Source: Puniceicoccaceae bacterium (lineage in GTDB: Bacteria; Verrucomicrobiota; Verrucomicrobiia; Opitutales; Oceanipulchritudinaceae). Taken from it: DNA of 64,000 nt. The stretch is from the NCBI GenBank assembly GCA_040830765.1, contig JBFOMH010000017.1, forward strand, positions 96,001-160,000. Reading direction: 5' to 3'. Shown in pieces: positions 17,578 through 27,770 of the stretch. Numbering within the stretch: position 1 is the stretch's first letter; each line of letters begins with the position of its first letter. A program made the position numbers and the translations under genes. Below the pieces are notes generated by a model. It was not told the origin of the DNA and did no database searches. It was given only the letters and a program-made list of their open reading frames with translations.

Positions 17578-19100
17578 GCGCTTTCCAAGGCGTTCCGGCT
17601 AAAATTCTGGTAGCAGACTGGGCGCTGGAAGCGCCTGATGGATTGAATCCCAACTGCTGTAAAGCGGCTGTCGGTCGTGGCAGGGTAGGGCCCGCCATGG
17701 ACCATGACCGGACAGACTTCCACGCCCGTTGGCCATCCATTGCAGACAATCCGGCCGGCCTTGGTCTCCAGTTTTTCGACTAATTCCGCGAAGTCCTCCA
17801 AGTCTGCATCCGTCGCATGGAAGCTGGCCGTCAGTTGTCCTCCAATTGCATCAAGGACGGTGAGGTAATCAGTCTTGTCCTTGCAAATAACGATGAGTGA
17901 AGCGGGACCGAAGACTTCCTCCGCCAATTCCGGCTGTAAGGCGAAAATACCGGAGTCAACCTTGAACAGGGCGGGACCTGCGCGGAATCCAGCAGCGTTC
18001 TCGCTTTGCCCCGGTTCCAGCAGGCAGGTTACGCCAGTGGTTCCAGAAAGCCTTTTTATTACGGAAAGATAATTTTCCTGAATGCCTCCGTTGAGCATCA
18101 CCTCCGGCGGTTTGGTGCGGAGGAGGCTTAGAACTTCATCGATGAAGCATTGTGCATCCGGGGAATCCGGCAAAAGCACCAGTCCCGGGTTGGTGCAGAA
18201 TTGGCCAACCCCGAGGGTTAAGGATTCGACAAAGCCTGAGGCCAGGATTTTTGGATTCCGGCTTAGCTGATCCGGAAGTATGGATACCGGATTAATACTG
18301 CTCATCTCGGCAAAAACAGGGATCGGTTCGGGCCTGCGCGCAGCGAGGTCAAAAAGTGCGCGACCGCCACGTTCGCTTCCCGTAAAGCCAACGGCCTTGA
18401 TCAGCGGGTGTTTGACCAATGCCGAACCGACGGCAGTTTTCTCATCGAACAAAAGGCTGAAGACCCCCGCCGGCATTCCTGTGGAACCCACCGCATCGCA
18501 GATAGCCTGGCCAACCAGCTCGGATGTTCCCGGATGGCCCGCGTGGGCCTTGACAATTACGGGGCATCCGGCGGCCAACGCCGCCGCCGTATCCCCGCCG
18601 GCGACATCATAGGCCAAGGGGAAATTTGCCGGCCCGAAAACGGCCACGGGACCAATGGGGATAAAGCGTTGGGCAAGTGCCGGCTTCGGCAGGGGCTGCC
18701 GTTCCGGTCGAGCCTCCTCCGTTTGTGGACGGTCCCATTCCTGCGATTCGAGAAGGTCTGCGAATTGGTTCAATTGCAGGCAGGTTCTGCCACGCTCCCC
18801 AATGGCCCGAGCTTCAGGAAGGCCACTTTCTTTCATGTAGCGGTGGATCAGTATATCCCCCATGGCCTCGATATTGCCCGCTATGGCCCGGAGAAATGCC
18901 CCCCGTTGGCCGGCAGCGTTCTTCCGGTACAAAGGGAAGGCTTCCGCTGCCCGCTGGCAGGCGGAATTGGTATCGCCCGGACTGGCAGGGTAGTAGGGGG
19001 GATCCAGTTGTTTGCCGTTAGCCGGGTTGACGGCATGAAAAGGTGAACCCGTCGCTTGGGCATGGGTGGAAGCAATAAGGGAGAGGCCTTGAAGTGACAT
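17574..19100 (-). CDS. Aldehyde dehydrogenase, alpha-ketoglutaric semialdehyde dehydrogenase (KGSADH)-like
   Basis: GPVAVFGPANFPLA, GFTGS, AEMSSINP, GQFCTNPG, EEVFGP, HGGPYPAT. Confidence 0.88.
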   Translation of the reverse strand: MSLQGLSLIASTHAQATGSPFHAVNPANGKQLDPPYYPASPGDTNSACQRAAEAFPLYRKNAAGQRGAFLRAIAGNIEAMGDILIHRYMKESGLPEARAIGERGRTCLQLNQFADLLESQEWDRPQTEEARPERQPLPKPALAQRFIPIGPVAVFGPANFPLAYDVAGGDTAAALAAGCPVIVKAHAGHPGTSELVGQAICDAVGSTGMPAGVFSLLFDEKTAVGSALVKHPLIKAVGFTGSERGGRALFDLAARRPEPIPVFAEMSSINPVSILPDQLSRNPKILASGFVESLTLGVGQFCTNPGLVLLPDSPDAQCFIDEVLSLLRTKPPEVMLNGGIQENYLSVIKRLSGTTGVTCLLEPGQSENAAGFRAGPALFKVDSGIFALQPELAEEVFGPASLIVICKDKTDYLTVLDAIGGQLTASFHATDADLEDFAELVEKLETKAGRIVCNGWPTGVEVCPVMVHGGPYPATTDSRFTAVGIQSIRRFQRPVCYQNFSRNALESA

Positions 19101-19208
19101 AACGGGTAAGCTTTAACGAAAACCCTAAAGGACCGGCCCCGATTTGCCAAACATCGTTTTCCACATTTCTGCATTGCGAGGTTATTTTCTCCCGGATTGA
19201 ATGCGGGC

Positions 19209-20918
19209 ATGAAGGACTTGTTGCAGAGGCTGGTACCCATACCGCGTGAGATCCTTCTTGTTGGCAGTGGCGGGTTGTGGCGCGAGGCTTCCTTGCAGCA
19301 GTCCCTGGTTGGCGATCTCGGTTCCGAGGGTTATCGCATTTCAGCAAGTGGAACCAGCATACTCATCGAGGCCTCAGGGGATAAGGGATTTTTCTATGCC
19401 CGTCAGACAATCACCCAGCTTCGCAGGATCACGGGAGGTAGTTATCCGGGTTTTCGGATTTCCGACGCACCGGCCTTTCCCATACGGGGTTACATGCTCG
19501 ACATCAGCCGGTGCAAGGTCCCGCGCATGGAACAGCTGTTTCATCTGGTCGACCTGTTGGCCTTGTTCAAGTTCAACCAGCTCCAGCTCTACACGGAACA
19601 TACATTCGCTTATGAAGGGCATGAAACGGTCTGGAACGATGCCTCACCAATGACGCCCGGGGAGGTCCGTGAGTTGGAGAAGTATTGTTCCAGTCGCTAC
19701 ATTGAACTGGTGCCAAACCAGAATGCATTCGGTCACATGGAGCGATGGTTGCGCCATCCCCAATATCGCCACCTTGCGGAAAGTCCTGATGGCTTCGAGC
19801 ACCCGGTCGCCGGTTGGAAGCCGCATGGATCGGTCCTCCGCCCGGGACCGGATTCGATCGCCTTTGTTAGTGGTTTGCTGGAGCAGTTGCTCCCTTGTTT
19901 CAACAGCGAGTTCATTCATCTGGGCTGTGATGAGCCATGGGAACTCGGCCAGGGCCTTAGTTCAGAAAGGGTGGAACGGGATGGCCGGCACGCCGTCTAC
20001 AAGGAGCACTTGCTCGCTCTTCACGACTTGGTCAGTCAGCACAATCGACGCATGCTTTTCTGGTCGGATGAGTTGCGGGGGGAGCCTTCCCGCATCCGGG
20101 AATTTCCCTCGGACATGATTCCAGTCGTCTGGGGCTATGAGGGCGACCACGATTTTGATACTGAATGCGCTGCTTATGCTGCCGCCGATCATCCCTTCCT
20201 TATCGCACCGGGCGACTCTTCCTGGAACAGTTTTTCCGGGCGTCTTGTCACCGCCTTGCGGAATATTGAGAAGGCCGTGGAGGCGGCCCAAAGGCATAAG
20301 GCGGAAGGGCTCCTGCTAACCAGTTGGGGGGACCAGGGGCACCAGCAAACATGGCCGGCTCAACTACCCGGTCTCGTTTGTTTCGCGGCAGGCGCGTGGA
20401 ATCCTTCGGGATTACCACAGCTCGCGATCGATAAAGCCCTTGATCAGATTGTCTTTCAGGATACTTCTGGCCAGCTTGGCAAGTTTTGGGTCAAGCTGGC
20501 CCGGCTGGATTCCCATCTGCCTGGCGAATTACATGTTCCCAATAGCAGCTTTCCTTACGATGCTGTTTACGCATCAAAGTCCCACCTGCGACACCTGGTC
20601 CGGCATCTGGATCACGATGTCTTCTTCCCGGCCCTGAGCCAGTTGGAGGATTGCGCCAAGCAACTTGACCGGGCAAGTCCCGCTTGTGCCGATGGGGACA
20701 CGCTCCTTGAGGAGTCGAACCTGGCCCTCGAGATGACCCGCGCTGCCCTGAAGCGGGCAGAGACCATGCTCAAGGAGGGAAATGGCACTTTCCCAAGCGA
20801 CGAGTGGATGCTGCTTGCTCATCGGTTCCGCAAGGTTTGGTTGATGCGCAACCGGGAGGGCGGTCTGGAGGAGAGTCTTTCCCGGCTCCGCCTAGAAAGT
20901 CCCCACAACCACGCTTAG
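19209..20918 (+). CDS. GH20-family glycoside hydrolase (beta-N-acetylhexosaminidase-like)
   Basis: RGYMLDISR, NQLQLYTEH, PNQNAFGH, catalytic HLGCDE. Confidence 0.85.
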   Translation: MKDLLQRLVPIPREILLVGSGGLWREASLQQSLVGDLGSEGYRISASGTSILIEASGDKGFFYARQTITQLRRITGGSYPGFRISDAPAFPIRGYMLDISRCKVPRMEQLFHLVDLLALFKFNQLQLYTEHTFAYEGHETVWNDASPMTPGEVRELEKYCSSRYIELVPNQNAFGHMERWLRHPQYRHLAESPDGFEHPVAGWKPHGSVLRPGPDSIAFVSGLLEQLLPCFNSEFIHLGCDEPWELGQGLSSERVERDGRHAVYKEHLLALHDLVSQHNRRMLFWSDELRGEPSRIREFPSDMIPVVWGYEGDHDFDTECAAYAAADHPFLIAPGDSSWNSFSGRLVTALRNIEKAVEAAQRHKAEGLLLTSWGDQGHQQTWPAQLPGLVCFAAGAWNPSGLPQLAIDKALDQIVFQDTSGQLGKFWVKLARLDSHLPGELHVPNSSFPYDAVYASKSHLRHLVRHLDHDVFFPALSQLEDCAKQLDRASPACADGDTLLEESNLALEMTRAALKRAETMLKEGNGTFPSDEWMLLAHRFRKVWLMRNREGGLEESLSRLRLESPHNHA

Positions 20919-21827
20919 GGAAATCAGCGAGAAGAGGGTGCTCAGGATGATGGCCCCGGATGCCATGGCGCCATCCCCGTGCAACCGTTTGGCGATGACA
21001 TAACTGGCCACTGCGGTGGGGGTGGCCGTGAATACCATCAGGATCAGCATGTCAGTGGGGGCGAGGTCAAAGGGCAAGGCAATCATCCATGCCAGCAGGG
21101 GCATCAGGAATACCTTCAGGCCGGCCGCCAGCACGGCGCTGCGGTACCGCCCTTCCATCGAGGTCAGGGCCATTCCACCACCAACGCAGACCAAGGCCAT
21201 TGGAGCAGCTGTCCTGCCCATGAAATCCAGTGTGTCACCCAGAAACGAGGGTAAGTTGAATGGAAGCACATAGATACACAGGCCAGCGACAGTGGCAATC
21301 GTCAGCGGGTTTTTCAGAACTTGAACAAACGTCTTTCCGATTGAGGCTTTCTGTGAGCTGTTACCCCCGGTGAGAACCAGTACCGAGGTGATGTTATAAA
21401 AAATCATGATCGGTGCGAAGATAAACACCGCCCGGGCGATAAGCCGGGTTGACTCTTCCTCCGGAAGATCCCTCAGGGCGTAAACCAGGATCGGTATCGC
21501 AATGAAGGCAATATTCCCCCGGAACGAACCCTGCATGAGGGTTCCATGCTGCCACCTCTCCAGGCCGAGTCCCTTGGCGACAAGTTTCGCCGCTCCGATA
21601 ACCAGAATGGTGGCACTGAAGAAGGTTGCCAGGATCGGTAATGATCCGCCCGTGATGTCCTCCGCCCGGTCGAGGTTAATGATGATCAGTGATGGAAGGC
21701 AGATCCAATAAACAAGCTTGTTCAGCTCGTCCAGGAACGGCTTGGTGATGAATCCCTTCCGGGCCAGGAGATAACCGAGGCCGACTATGGCAAAGACGGG
21801 AAACAGGGTCTGGAAGGTGTGTAGCAT
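20892..21827 (-). CDS. AEC (auxin efflux carrier)-family transporter
   Basis: Multi-TM; 'LPSL', 'RGNIAFIAIP', 'KNPL', 'PTAVASY' motifs. Confidence 0.88.
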   Translation of the reverse strand: MLHTFQTLFPVFAIVGLGYLLARKGFITKPFLDELNKLVYWICLPSLIIINLDRAEDITGGSLPILATFFSATILVIGAAKLVAKGLGLERWQHGTLMQGSFRGNIAFIAIPILVYALRDLPEEESTRLIARAVFIFAPIMIFYNITSVLVLTGGNSSQKASIGKTFVQVLKNPLTIATVAGLCIYVLPFNLPSFLGDTLDFMGRTAAPMALVCVGGGMALTSMEGRYRSAVLAAGLKVFLMPLLAWMIALPFDLAPTDMLILMVFTATPTAVASYVIAKRLHGDGAMASGAIILSTLFSLISLSVVVGTF

Positions 21828-22048
21828 GCTCGCCCGTCACGGTGGAGACGAGCCGGTTGTATGGCAATCGCTTTATGAATTACGCAATTATTGAGACTAA
21901 TCTTAAGGATAATCCGGGTTTCTAAGTAGTGTTTCTAATGGCGAATTCTTGAACCTTTTGGATCGGCCAATTATGCATGTTCAGCAAATGGCCAGCCGGT
22001 CATGGAAAAGTAACTACCAGTTTATAAAATCATAAAGTATATCCAGCT

Positions 22049-23677
22049 ATGAAAAAGAACCCCAAGATGATTGCCCTCCTCATCGGAGGTCTCTGTATAA
22101 GCGGGCCACTTATGGCCCAGCACGCGTCGTTAACCGAGTACAACGGTTACGCATCCTGTAAGAGCTGTCACGACCAGGCATTTGGTGGCGGCGGCCTGCA
22201 CGCCGACCAGGTGATGGCCAGTATCCACTGGACATGGGAAAAGACGGACTCCTACACAGGCAAGGAAGTCGGCAAGTACAATGTGATCAATAATTACTGC
22301 GTGGCGGTTAAGTCCAACGAACCCCGCTGTACCAGCTGTCACGTTGGAATTGGCTGGAGCGACACTTCCTGGGATCCAGCAGCAAACCGGGACTCCATTG
22401 ACTGTCTTGTTTGCCACGACACCACGGGAACGTACAAGAAGATTCCGACCGGGGCCGGCGCACCGGTGGCTGGTCTGGACTATGCAGCCATTACTTCCTC
22501 CATTGGCAGCCCGGACCGGGACAACTGTGGTGCCTGTCACTTCTTCGGTGGTGGCGGTGATGCCGTCAAGCATGGTACGCTTGACTCCACCATGGCCAAC
22601 CCGACCCGCGACGCGGATGTCCACATGGGTGGTTCCATGGACATGACCTGTATTGATTGTCACATTGCTGAAGGCGCTTCCAACAAGCATGAATACCTGG
22701 GTACCCGCTACTCGCAGGACCAGAACGATGCCGCCCTCTGCCAGGACTGTCATACAGCAACGCCGCACGGTGGTTTCATGGACATGCACGCCCAGCGGGT
22801 AGCTTGCCAGACCTGTCACATTCCTGCGTTTGCCCGCGGTGGCAAGGCGACCAAGATGTTCTGGGACTGGACCACCGCCAAGGGCGAAAAGGTCGATGAC
22901 GGTAACGGCAACATGGTCGACCTGGTCATCAAGGACGATGACGGTAATGTCATTTACCACGCCAAGAAGGGTACCTTCGAATGGCAGGAAAACGTCATTC
23001 CGGAATATACCTGGGCCAACGGCAAGGTTCGTCATGTTACCCTGGACGATCCGGTCATGGAGGGTGAAGTCGTGAAAATCAACGAACTTATGGGTGACGT
23101 GGATGATCCCAATGCGCTCATCTTCCCGGTCAAACGCTTCACTGGTATCCAGCCCTATGACACCGGCCTGAATGGTGATGGCGTCGGTAATCTTGCCATT
23201 CCGCACCTCTTCCCCTTCGCGGGTGAAAAGGAATGGCCGGCCGACCAGAAGTCCGCCTTCTGGATGCTCTTCGACTGGGAAAAGGCCTTGACTGCCGGTA
23301 TGGAAACGGACGGTCGGACTTTCGATGGCCCGGTGGGTTACATTGAGACGGAATTCACCTGGATTTCCAATCACATGGTTGCCCCCAAGGAGCAGTCCCT
23401 CGACTGTGTGGATTGTCATACATTTGGCAGTCGCATGAACTTCGCCAAGCTCGGTTATCCTGAAGCAAAGGCCGAGGAACTCCAGCTCAAGGCGCAATCT
23501 GTCTACTGGGCAGACTACCCGGTCTCCGGCGCCATGGGAGTCGATACTGGCCCATGGCTGGGCTGGCTCAATGTGGAATTTGCCCCATGGGTCTACAGCT
23601 ACACCCTCGGCAAGTACCTTTACCTCCCTGAATCCGGTGTCTCTGAATCAGGTTCATGGACATACATTATGAAATAG
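22049..23677 (+). CDS. Octaheme c-type cytochrome, tetrathionate reductase (OTR) family, with extra Trp-rich C-terminal tail
   Basis: Eight CxxCH motifs (CKSCH, CTSCH, CLVCH, CGACH, CIDCH, CQDCH, CQTCH, CVDCH); OTR motifs HWTW, INNYC, GGGGDAVKHG, HMVAPK; Sec signal. Confidence 0.92.
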   Translation: MKKNPKMIALLIGGLCISGPLMAQHASLTEYNGYASCKSCHDQAFGGGGLHADQVMASIHWTWEKTDSYTGKEVGKYNVINNYCVAVKSNEPRCTSCHVGIGWSDTSWDPAANRDSIDCLVCHDTTGTYKKIPTGAGAPVAGLDYAAITSSIGSPDRDNCGACHFFGGGGDAVKHGTLDSTMANPTRDADVHMGGSMDMTCIDCHIAEGASNKHEYLGTRYSQDQNDAALCQDCHTATPHGGFMDMHAQRVACQTCHIPAFARGGKATKMFWDWTTAKGEKVDDGNGNMVDLVIKDDDGNVIYHAKKGTFEWQENVIPEYTWANGKVRHVTLDDPVMEGEVVKINELMGDVDDPNALIFPVKRFTGIQPYDTGLNGDGVGNLAIPHLFPFAGEKEWPADQKSAFWMLFDWEKALTAGMETDGRTFDGPVGYIETEFTWISNHMVAPKEQSLDCVDCHTFGSRMNFAKLGYPEAKAEELQLKAQSVYWADYPVSGAMGVDTGPWLGWLNVEFAPWVYSYTLGKYLYLPESGVSESGSWTYIMK

Positions 23678-23727
23678 ACTGAACAGAGGTTGTTCAGGCA
23701 GCCTCTGATTGTTCTTCGTTGTCATTG

Positions 23728-23760
23728 AATACCCGCCCCTTTTCCGGGGGCGGGTATTTT
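23728..23760 (+). terminator. Rho-independent terminator
   Basis: AATACCCGCCCC-loop-GGGGCGGGTATT followed by T run, between convergent genes. Confidence 0.8.
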
Positions 23761-23781
23761 GTATCCAAAAATAATGACAGT

Positions 23782-24660
23782 TTACTGGTAGAGCCTGAAG
23801 AGACCCTGCGTTCCAAGTTCGCCGCCTCCGTCTGCTGCCAGCTTTGAGTACATCTCATGGGCCAGATCGAGTCCGGGAGTCTGGATACCTGCCGCATGGG
23901 CCGACTCCCGGGCAATGCCCATATCCTTGAGAAAGTGCTTCACATAGAATCCCGGGGCGAAGTCACCCTTGATCATGCGGGGCCCAAGGTTGGAGAGGGA
24001 CCAGCTCCCGGCCGCGCCTCCGCTAATGCTCTGCAGGACGGTTTCCGGATCGAGGCCACTCCGGGCAGTGTAGGCGAGGGCCTCACAGACGCCCAGCATA
24101 CCGGCGGCAATGGCAATCTGGTTGGCCATCTTGGTGTGCTGCCCGCTTCCGGCCGGACCTTGCCAGACAATGTTGGAACCCATCTGCCGGAAGAGAGGAA
24201 GCGCCTTGTCAAAGTCTTCTTTTGTCCCTCCCACCATGATGGAAAGCCTCGCTTCACGGGCCCCGATGTCGCCCCCGCTGACCGGAGCGTCCAAGGTCCC
24301 GATTCCCTTTTCCCCGGCTTGATCATGAATCGTCCGGGCGAGGGCAGGACTGGACGTCGTCATGTCGATAAGAAGGGTTCCCGGCCGGGCATGGGGAACA
24401 ATGCCGCCCTGCCCGAGATAAATTTCCTCCACGTCGCTGGGAAATCCAACGATGGTGATGATCACATCGGCGGCCGCGGCCAGGGTTGCGGGTGAGTCAT
24501 GCCAGAGGGCTCCCTGATCAATAAGTTCCTCCGCCTTGGAGCGGGTACGGGTATGGACCAGCAGTGGGTAACCAGCCTGGATAATGTGGCCAGCCATGCT
24601 GCGGCCCATAACCCCGGTCCCGATGAATCCAACGACGGGCTTGCGATTGTTTCTTTCCAT
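23782..24660 (-). CDS. 3-hydroxyisobutyrate/2-hydroxy-3-oxopropionate reductase-family NAD(P)-dependent oxidoreductase
   Basis: GFIGTGVMG, DAPVSGG, GQHTKMANQ, KDM. Confidence 0.9.
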   Translation of the reverse strand: MERNNRKPVVGFIGTGVMGRSMAGHIIQAGYPLLVHTRTRSKAEELIDQGALWHDSPATLAAAADVIITIVGFPSDVEEIYLGQGGIVPHARPGTLLIDMTTSSPALARTIHDQAGEKGIGTLDAPVSGGDIGAREARLSIMVGGTKEDFDKALPLFRQMGSNIVWQGPAGSGQHTKMANQIAIAAGMLGVCEALAYTARSGLDPETVLQSISGGAAGSWSLSNLGPRMIKGDFAPGFYVKHFLKDMGIARESAHAAGIQTPGLDLAHEMYSKLAADGGGELGTQGLFRLYQ

Positions 24661-24761
24661 GAGCCCATGATCCGGGGAAATCAGGACTACGGCAAATATT
24701 GATTTGGAAAATTGACCCGGTAAGACTTGTGAGCCATCCTTTGCCTAACCCAAATTTTGAT

Positions 24762-25877
24762 ATGCGAGTAGGTGTAGTTAAGGAAATAAAGGCTGATGAA
24801 AACCGTGTCGCCATGACACCCGCCGGTGCTGAGGCATTCACGGACCGGGGACATGAGGTACTGGTGGAAGCCGGTGCCGGTGAAGGAAGCGGATTTGTTG
24901 ATGCCGAGTATACTGAGGTTGGAGCCCGGATCGTTTCGGCTGCCGAGGTCTGGCAGGAGGCGGAGATGGTCTTGAAGGTCAAGGAGCCCCAACCGGAGGA
25001 AGTCAGCCGCATCCGCAAGGACCAGATTGTTTTCACCTACTTTCATTTCGCGGCCTCAGAGGAGCTGACCCGTGGAATTGTTGAATCCGGATGCATCGCC
25101 ATCGCTTACGAGACCATCACCGACGGAAAGGGTAACCTGCCTCTCCTCACGCCAATGAGTGAAGTCGCCGGCCGGATGGCCATCCAGCAGGGGGCCAAAT
25201 ACCTCGAAAAGGCACACGGTGGCCGCGGTATACTCCTTGGCGGTGTTCCCGGCGTGCCGCCTGCGACCGTGGTCGTTCTGGGGGCCGGGGTGGTTGGGAT
25301 GAATGCCACCAAGATGGCGGCCGGGCTCGGCAGCCTCGTCTATGTCCTTGATGTGAACCTTGAGCGCCTCCGCTACTACAGCGATGTCATGCCCTCCAAT
25401 GTCATCACCATGATGTCCAACAAGGCCAACCTGCGCAAGGCCCTCTCCGACGCCGACCTTGTTGTTTCCAGCGTCCTCATACCCGGTAGAAAGGCTCCAA
25501 AACTCATTACCCGGGAAACCTTGGCCATCATGAAGCCCGGTGCGGTCATTGTTGACGTGGCCATCGACCAGGGTGGTTCCACCGAAACCTCCAAGCCGAC
25601 CACCCACCGCGATCCAATCTACACTGTTGACGGGATCATCCACTACTGTGTCGCCAACATGCCCGGGGCGATGCCGATGACCTCAACCCTGGCCCTGACC
25701 AATGCCACCATACCGTATGCCCTGCAGTTGGCCGGCAAGGGCTATTCCGATGCCATCCGTCAGCACCGGAGCATTGCTGCGGGAGCTAACATTGTCCGGG
25801 GAACGATTACCCACAAAGGGGTGGCGGAAGCCTTTGGTCTTCCATACGAGCCCGTCTACGAAGTCCTCAAGGATTAG
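24762..25877 (+). CDS. ald: Alanine dehydrogenase
   Basis: MRVGVVKEIK..ENRV, KVKEP, PMSEVAGR, DVAIDQGG, YCVANMPGA. Confidence 0.95.
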   Translation: MRVGVVKEIKADENRVAMTPAGAEAFTDRGHEVLVEAGAGEGSGFVDAEYTEVGARIVSAAEVWQEAEMVLKVKEPQPEEVSRIRKDQIVFTYFHFAASEELTRGIVESGCIAIAYETITDGKGNLPLLTPMSEVAGRMAIQQGAKYLEKAHGGRGILLGGVPGVPPATVVVLGAGVVGMNATKMAAGLGSLVYVLDVNLERLRYYSDVMPSNVITMMSNKANLRKALSDADLVVSSVLIPGRKAPKLITRETLAIMKPGAVIVDVAIDQGGSTETSKPTTHRDPIYTVDGIIHYCVANMPGAMPMTSTLALTNATIPYALQLAGKGYSDAIRQHRSIAAGANIVRGTITHKGVAEAFGLPYEPVYEVLKD

Positions 25878-26794
25878 GACTGCTCCGGGAATCGTGCATG
25901 AATGAGGAGCGGCCTTCCGTCTTTGGGATCGGCGGCCCTCGGTCCGAGGTTGTTATCGAAAATGAGATAGACATCCTGTCCCTCGACAACCAGCCCTTCC
26001 GCCTGTCCGTAGACCTGGGAGCGATAGGCCCAGCGTGGATCCGTCTCAATATGGCGGTAACTCCATGCCTCCGCCTCGACAAATCCATTTTCTACCCGTT
26101 CAAGGCGGACAATTAGATGGGCATTCCGGAAGAGGGCATAGATGTTTTCCCCATCGGAATCGAGTCCTGAAAAATCGGGCAAACGGAGCAATGGCAGGGC
26201 ATTACTGAAGGGCGAATGCTCCTGCTGGGTAGCGGTTACCTCCACTTGGCCATCGACAAGACTTATGTCCGCCAATCCCCTCGGCTCCCGCTCAACCGCT
26301 CCCAGCCAGTGATCCGGGCCCAGCCAGGTGATGCCCTCAAAGCCGGCGTTCTTCTTGGCATAAAGACCTGCTTTGGTTAGGTGGTCACGGAGGGGAGGGG
26401 TTGCCCAGTTGGCTTGGCCATCAAGGGTCACTTCAAGGATGCGTGCCCTTGTTTCTGAAACGAGGTAGAGCGTTCCTTGGTCATCGGCGGCAATGCCTTC
26501 CCAATCCATTGAGGTATAGCCAGGCGGTTGAAAGCGAATGGCGGGTACCAGGCGGGCCGAATCACCCACTAACTCAACCTTGTAGATTGTCCGGTTGTCC
26601 TTGTCGGCCACGGTGTAGAGTATTCCATTGAGACGAACCAGGCCGGATGGTTCGAGGGGCAGGTCCATATCGATGGCATAGGCGGCGACCAGTTCCAATT
26701 CGGTGAATCCCTTTCCTTGATTTCCCTGCGGACGCCAGCATCCACTCAAGGCAAGGACCGCTAACAGGAGACCTATGGAAACCAGATGCCTCAT
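25874..26794 (-). CDS. Lipoprotein with SdiA-regulated/phytase-like beta-propeller
   Basis: Lipobox LSGC; repeats EPSGL, DWEGI, GFEGI, DFSGL, QAEGL. Confidence 0.7.
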   Translation of the reverse strand: MRHLVSIGLLLAVLALSGCWRPQGNQGKGFTELELVAAYAIDMDLPLEPSGLVRLNGILYTVADKDNRTIYKVELVGDSARLVPAIRFQPPGYTSMDWEGIAADDQGTLYLVSETRARILEVTLDGQANWATPPLRDHLTKAGLYAKKNAGFEGITWLGPDHWLGAVEREPRGLADISLVDGQVEVTATQQEHSPFSNALPLLRLPDFSGLDSDGENIYALFRNAHLIVRLERVENGFVEAEAWSYRHIETDPRWAYRSQVYGQAEGLVVEGQDVYLIFDNNLGPRAADPKDGRPLLIHARFPEQS

Positions 26795-27744
26795 GAAGCT
26801 GCGTAAAAAGACCGCACATTCTCAACGGTGATACCCATGAGGCGCTCCCGGGCTTCGACGCTGGCCCAGGCCAGATGGGGTGTGATCAGGCAATTGGGAG
26901 CGCCCATCAGGGGGCAGTCCTGTGCCATCGGTTCTTCCGTCAACACATCCAAGGTGGCCGCAGCGAGCTGGCCGCTTTCCAGTGCCTCCCGCAGGTCCAA
27001 CTCGTTGATGAGCGGTCCACGGGCCGTATTGATAAGGATGGCTCCAGGCTGGCAGCTGGCGAGGAGCTCCGCATTAACAAATCCCTGGTTATCCGCGGTC
27101 AAGGGGCAGTGGAGGGAGATGACATCCGATTCGGCAAAGATCTCCTCAATTGACTTGAAAGCGAACCCTTCCCAGTCGGGTGCATCCCGGGGTGTCCGGG
27201 CATAGGCAAGAACGCGCATGCCCAGACCATTAAGGGCGGCTGCTGTGGCCCGTCCTATCTGGCCAAACCCGATAATGCCCACCGTCCGTCCGGCGAGTTC
27301 GGGAATCGGATGGTGCCAGTAGCAGAACTGGCGGCTGTTTTTCCACTCTCCGGAATGGACTGAAGCGCTGTAATGGGCCGCCCGGTTGGTGATTTCCAAT
27401 AACAGGGCAACGACATGCTGGGCCACCGACTGGGTACTGTAGGCAGGGACATTGCGGACCGTTATCCCCAGCCGCTCTGCGGCTGTAAGGTCCACGTTGT
27501 TGGTTCCTGTGGCGAGGATACAGATCAACTTGAGCTCTGGTAATTTCTGAAGCACAGGCTCCATCAGTGGAACCTTGTTGGATAAAACAACCTCCGCGCC
27601 GGCGCAGCGCTCGAGGATGACCGCTTCATCCCGAGGCGTGAAGGCATGCATTTCAAGTTCTCCGAATGCTTCCAGCGGAGACCATGAGGAATCCGGAAGT
27701 TCCAGTGTCTCACTGTCCAAGGCGACGAGTTTTGGCATGCCCAT
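26791..27744 (-). CDS. D-2-hydroxyacid dehydrogenase (glycerate dehydrogenase-like)
   Basis: GIIGFGQIG, SLHCPLT, LINTARG, LDV, ITPH. Confidence 0.92.
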   Translation of the reverse strand: MGMPKLVALDSETLELPDSSWSPLEAFGELEMHAFTPRDEAVILERCAGAEVVLSNKVPLMEPVLQKLPELKLICILATGTNNVDLTAAERLGITVRNVPAYSTQSVAQHVVALLLEITNRAAHYSASVHSGEWKNSRQFCYWHHPIPELAGRTVGIIGFGQIGRATAAALNGLGMRVLAYARTPRDAPDWEGFAFKSIEEIFAESDVISLHCPLTADNQGFVNAELLASCQPGAILINTARGPLINELDLREALESGQLAAATLDVLTEEPMAQDCPLMGAPNCLITPHLAWASVEARERLMGITVENVRSFYAAS

Positions 27745-27770
27745 CTAAAAAGGCAGATGAACGGTATGAG

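Noticed and set aside
17574..20918. KGSADH and GH20 as one catabolic unit
   Set aside because: Divergent neighbours with no shared pathway genes or regulator; no support beyond adjacency
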